A stretch of 62,245 bases of DNA, filler included, from Malassezia furfur (taxonomy: Eukaryota): NCBI GenBank assembly GCA_052055015.1. It is 3 parts of 3 records of this genome, joined end to end, with 100 filler letters (N's around TTAATTAATTAA, not from the genome) between each part and the next. Parts side by side here need not be neighbours in the genome. Positions count along the whole stretch, not along the records: positions 41,800 to 62,245 come from JBQJIT010000177.1; 2 more parts are not named here. One strand, written 5' to 3'. A program made the translations under genes and the position numbers. Shown piece by piece: positions 61,303 through 62,245 of this stretch. The stretch's first letter is position 1, and every line of letters begins with the position of its first letter. Below the pieces are notes generated by a model. That model saw only the letters and a program-made list of their open reading frames with translations. It had not been told where the DNA came from and did no database searches.

Positions 61303-62245
61303 ATGAGCGCGGCGATCCCCGCGCGCCGCTTCCACGAGGAGGGCGTCGGCTCGCGTACCGGCCTGCGCATCGGCGCGGTTGAGCGCGATGCTGACGGGAA
61401 CGAGGACCTCGACGCGTTTTTCGCGGAATCCAAGCGCGTCCTCGACTGGATGGAGCAGTCGGACGACGACGAGGACGTCGGCGACGATAGCGGCAGCAGC
61501 AGCGCCGTCGACGCGCGCACCGGCCGCACCGAGCGTACGCCCGAGGCGGCCCAGGACGAGTGGGGGCGCCGCGTCTCGCGCATCTCGGCGCTTGCGACCC
61601 ACTCGCTCGGCGACGCGGACGCAACGCACGCGTCGACGTCGCGCGCCAACGACTCGATGTGGGAGTCGAGCGTCGACGTGTCGGCCGTGCGCCCATTCAA
61701 CCTCACAGAGCTTGCGGGCGACACCCCCACGCCGCGGCACTCTCGCACGCGGCGGAGCACGCTGCCGCCCCCCGAAGACGTCTCGTGGCTGCGCGATGCG
61801 ACGCGCTCCTCGAGCCGCACAGATACCCCCCGGGGCCGCTCGGTGTCGGTCGACACCGAGATCCCCGAACCCCTCGATGTGAGCCGCTTTACGCGCGACT
61901 CGCTCGCGCCGCGCCGCGACTCGGTGTACGGCACCTCGATGTGGGACGACACGCGCATCGACCGATCGTCGGTGACGCCGCAGAGCGTGTCGCGCCCACC
62001 GAGCCTCGATGCGTTCGGCAGCCGCGCGTCCAGTGTGGCCGAGAGCCGCGCGTCCAGTGTGGGTCCTGCCCCGCTGGCGCCGCTCGAGCCGCTCATGGAG
62101 CCGTATGCCGACGACACCGTGTCGGAGCCGGCGTCAGACCTGTATGCGCCGCCGGCGGCGCCGGTGCGCATGCCCGAGCCGCCCAAGAAGCGCGGGCGCG
62201 GGCGGCCGCGCAAGTCGGAGACGCTGCGGGCGATGGCCGCCGCGG
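61303..62245 (+). CDS. MIF2: Inner kinetochore protein CENP-C/Mif2, N-terminal part (runs off the window)
   Basis: N-terminal GVGSRTGLRI…RDADGNEDLDAFF resembles the Mif2_N motif; AT-hook KKRGRGRPRK near 62190-62213. Confidence 0.7.
   Translation, partial: MSAAIPARRFHEEGVGSRTGLRIGAVERDADGNEDLDAFFAESKRVLDWMEQSDDDEDVGDDSGSSSAVDARTGRTERTPEAAQDEWGRRVSRISALATHSLGDADATHASTSRANDSMWESSVDVSAVRPFNLTELAGDTPTPRHSRTRRSTLPPPEDVSWLRDATRSSSRTDTPRGRSVSVDTEIPEPLDVSRFTRDSLAPRRDSVYGTSMWDDTRIDRSSVTPQSVSRPPSLDAFGSRASSVAESRASSVGPAPLAPLEPLMEPYADDTVSEPASDLYAPPAAPVRMPEPPKKRGRGRPRKSETLRAMAAA

Overview
High-GC, extremely gene-dense fungal genomic DNA. It is most consistent with a Malassezia-type basidiomycete yeast; this is inferred from gene content, 20-140 bp intergenic spacers and 21-37 nt GT-AG introns with CTRAC/CTCAC branch points. 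The window is three assembly pieces joined by artificial 100-nt spacers (N44-TTAATTAATTAA-N44 at 20877-20976 and 41700-41799), with an additional 49-N gap inside a 9-bp tandem repeat. It holds about 40 mostly housekeeping genes, including VPS37, VTC1, a cyclophilin, RTP1, a GDPD, PPT1, ALE1, VPS17, SNRNP40, EFL1, RIM9/PalI, MRPL1, haspin, a bHLH factor, ADE5,7, RRB1, G-beta, ESS2, an HSL-type lipase, CBR1, LYS1, MOG1, MCP1, IPI3, ASN1, PAM16, ATXN10, SIP5, CDC42, MTU1 and CENP-C. The main observations are: (1) one ORF fusing a myo-inositol transporter to a second complete sugar-porter MFS domain, convergent with an Ino4-like bHLH gene; (2) an snR13/U15-like box C/D snoRNA inside the only long intron I found, in RRB1; (3) 21-22 nt spliceosomal introns; (4) CACGTG and TGACTC elements recurring in miniature promoters; (5) a trio of lipid-remodelling genes beside a lower-GC 720-nt intergenic region. 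Gene models and family calls come from manual reading and motif recognition; no searches were run.
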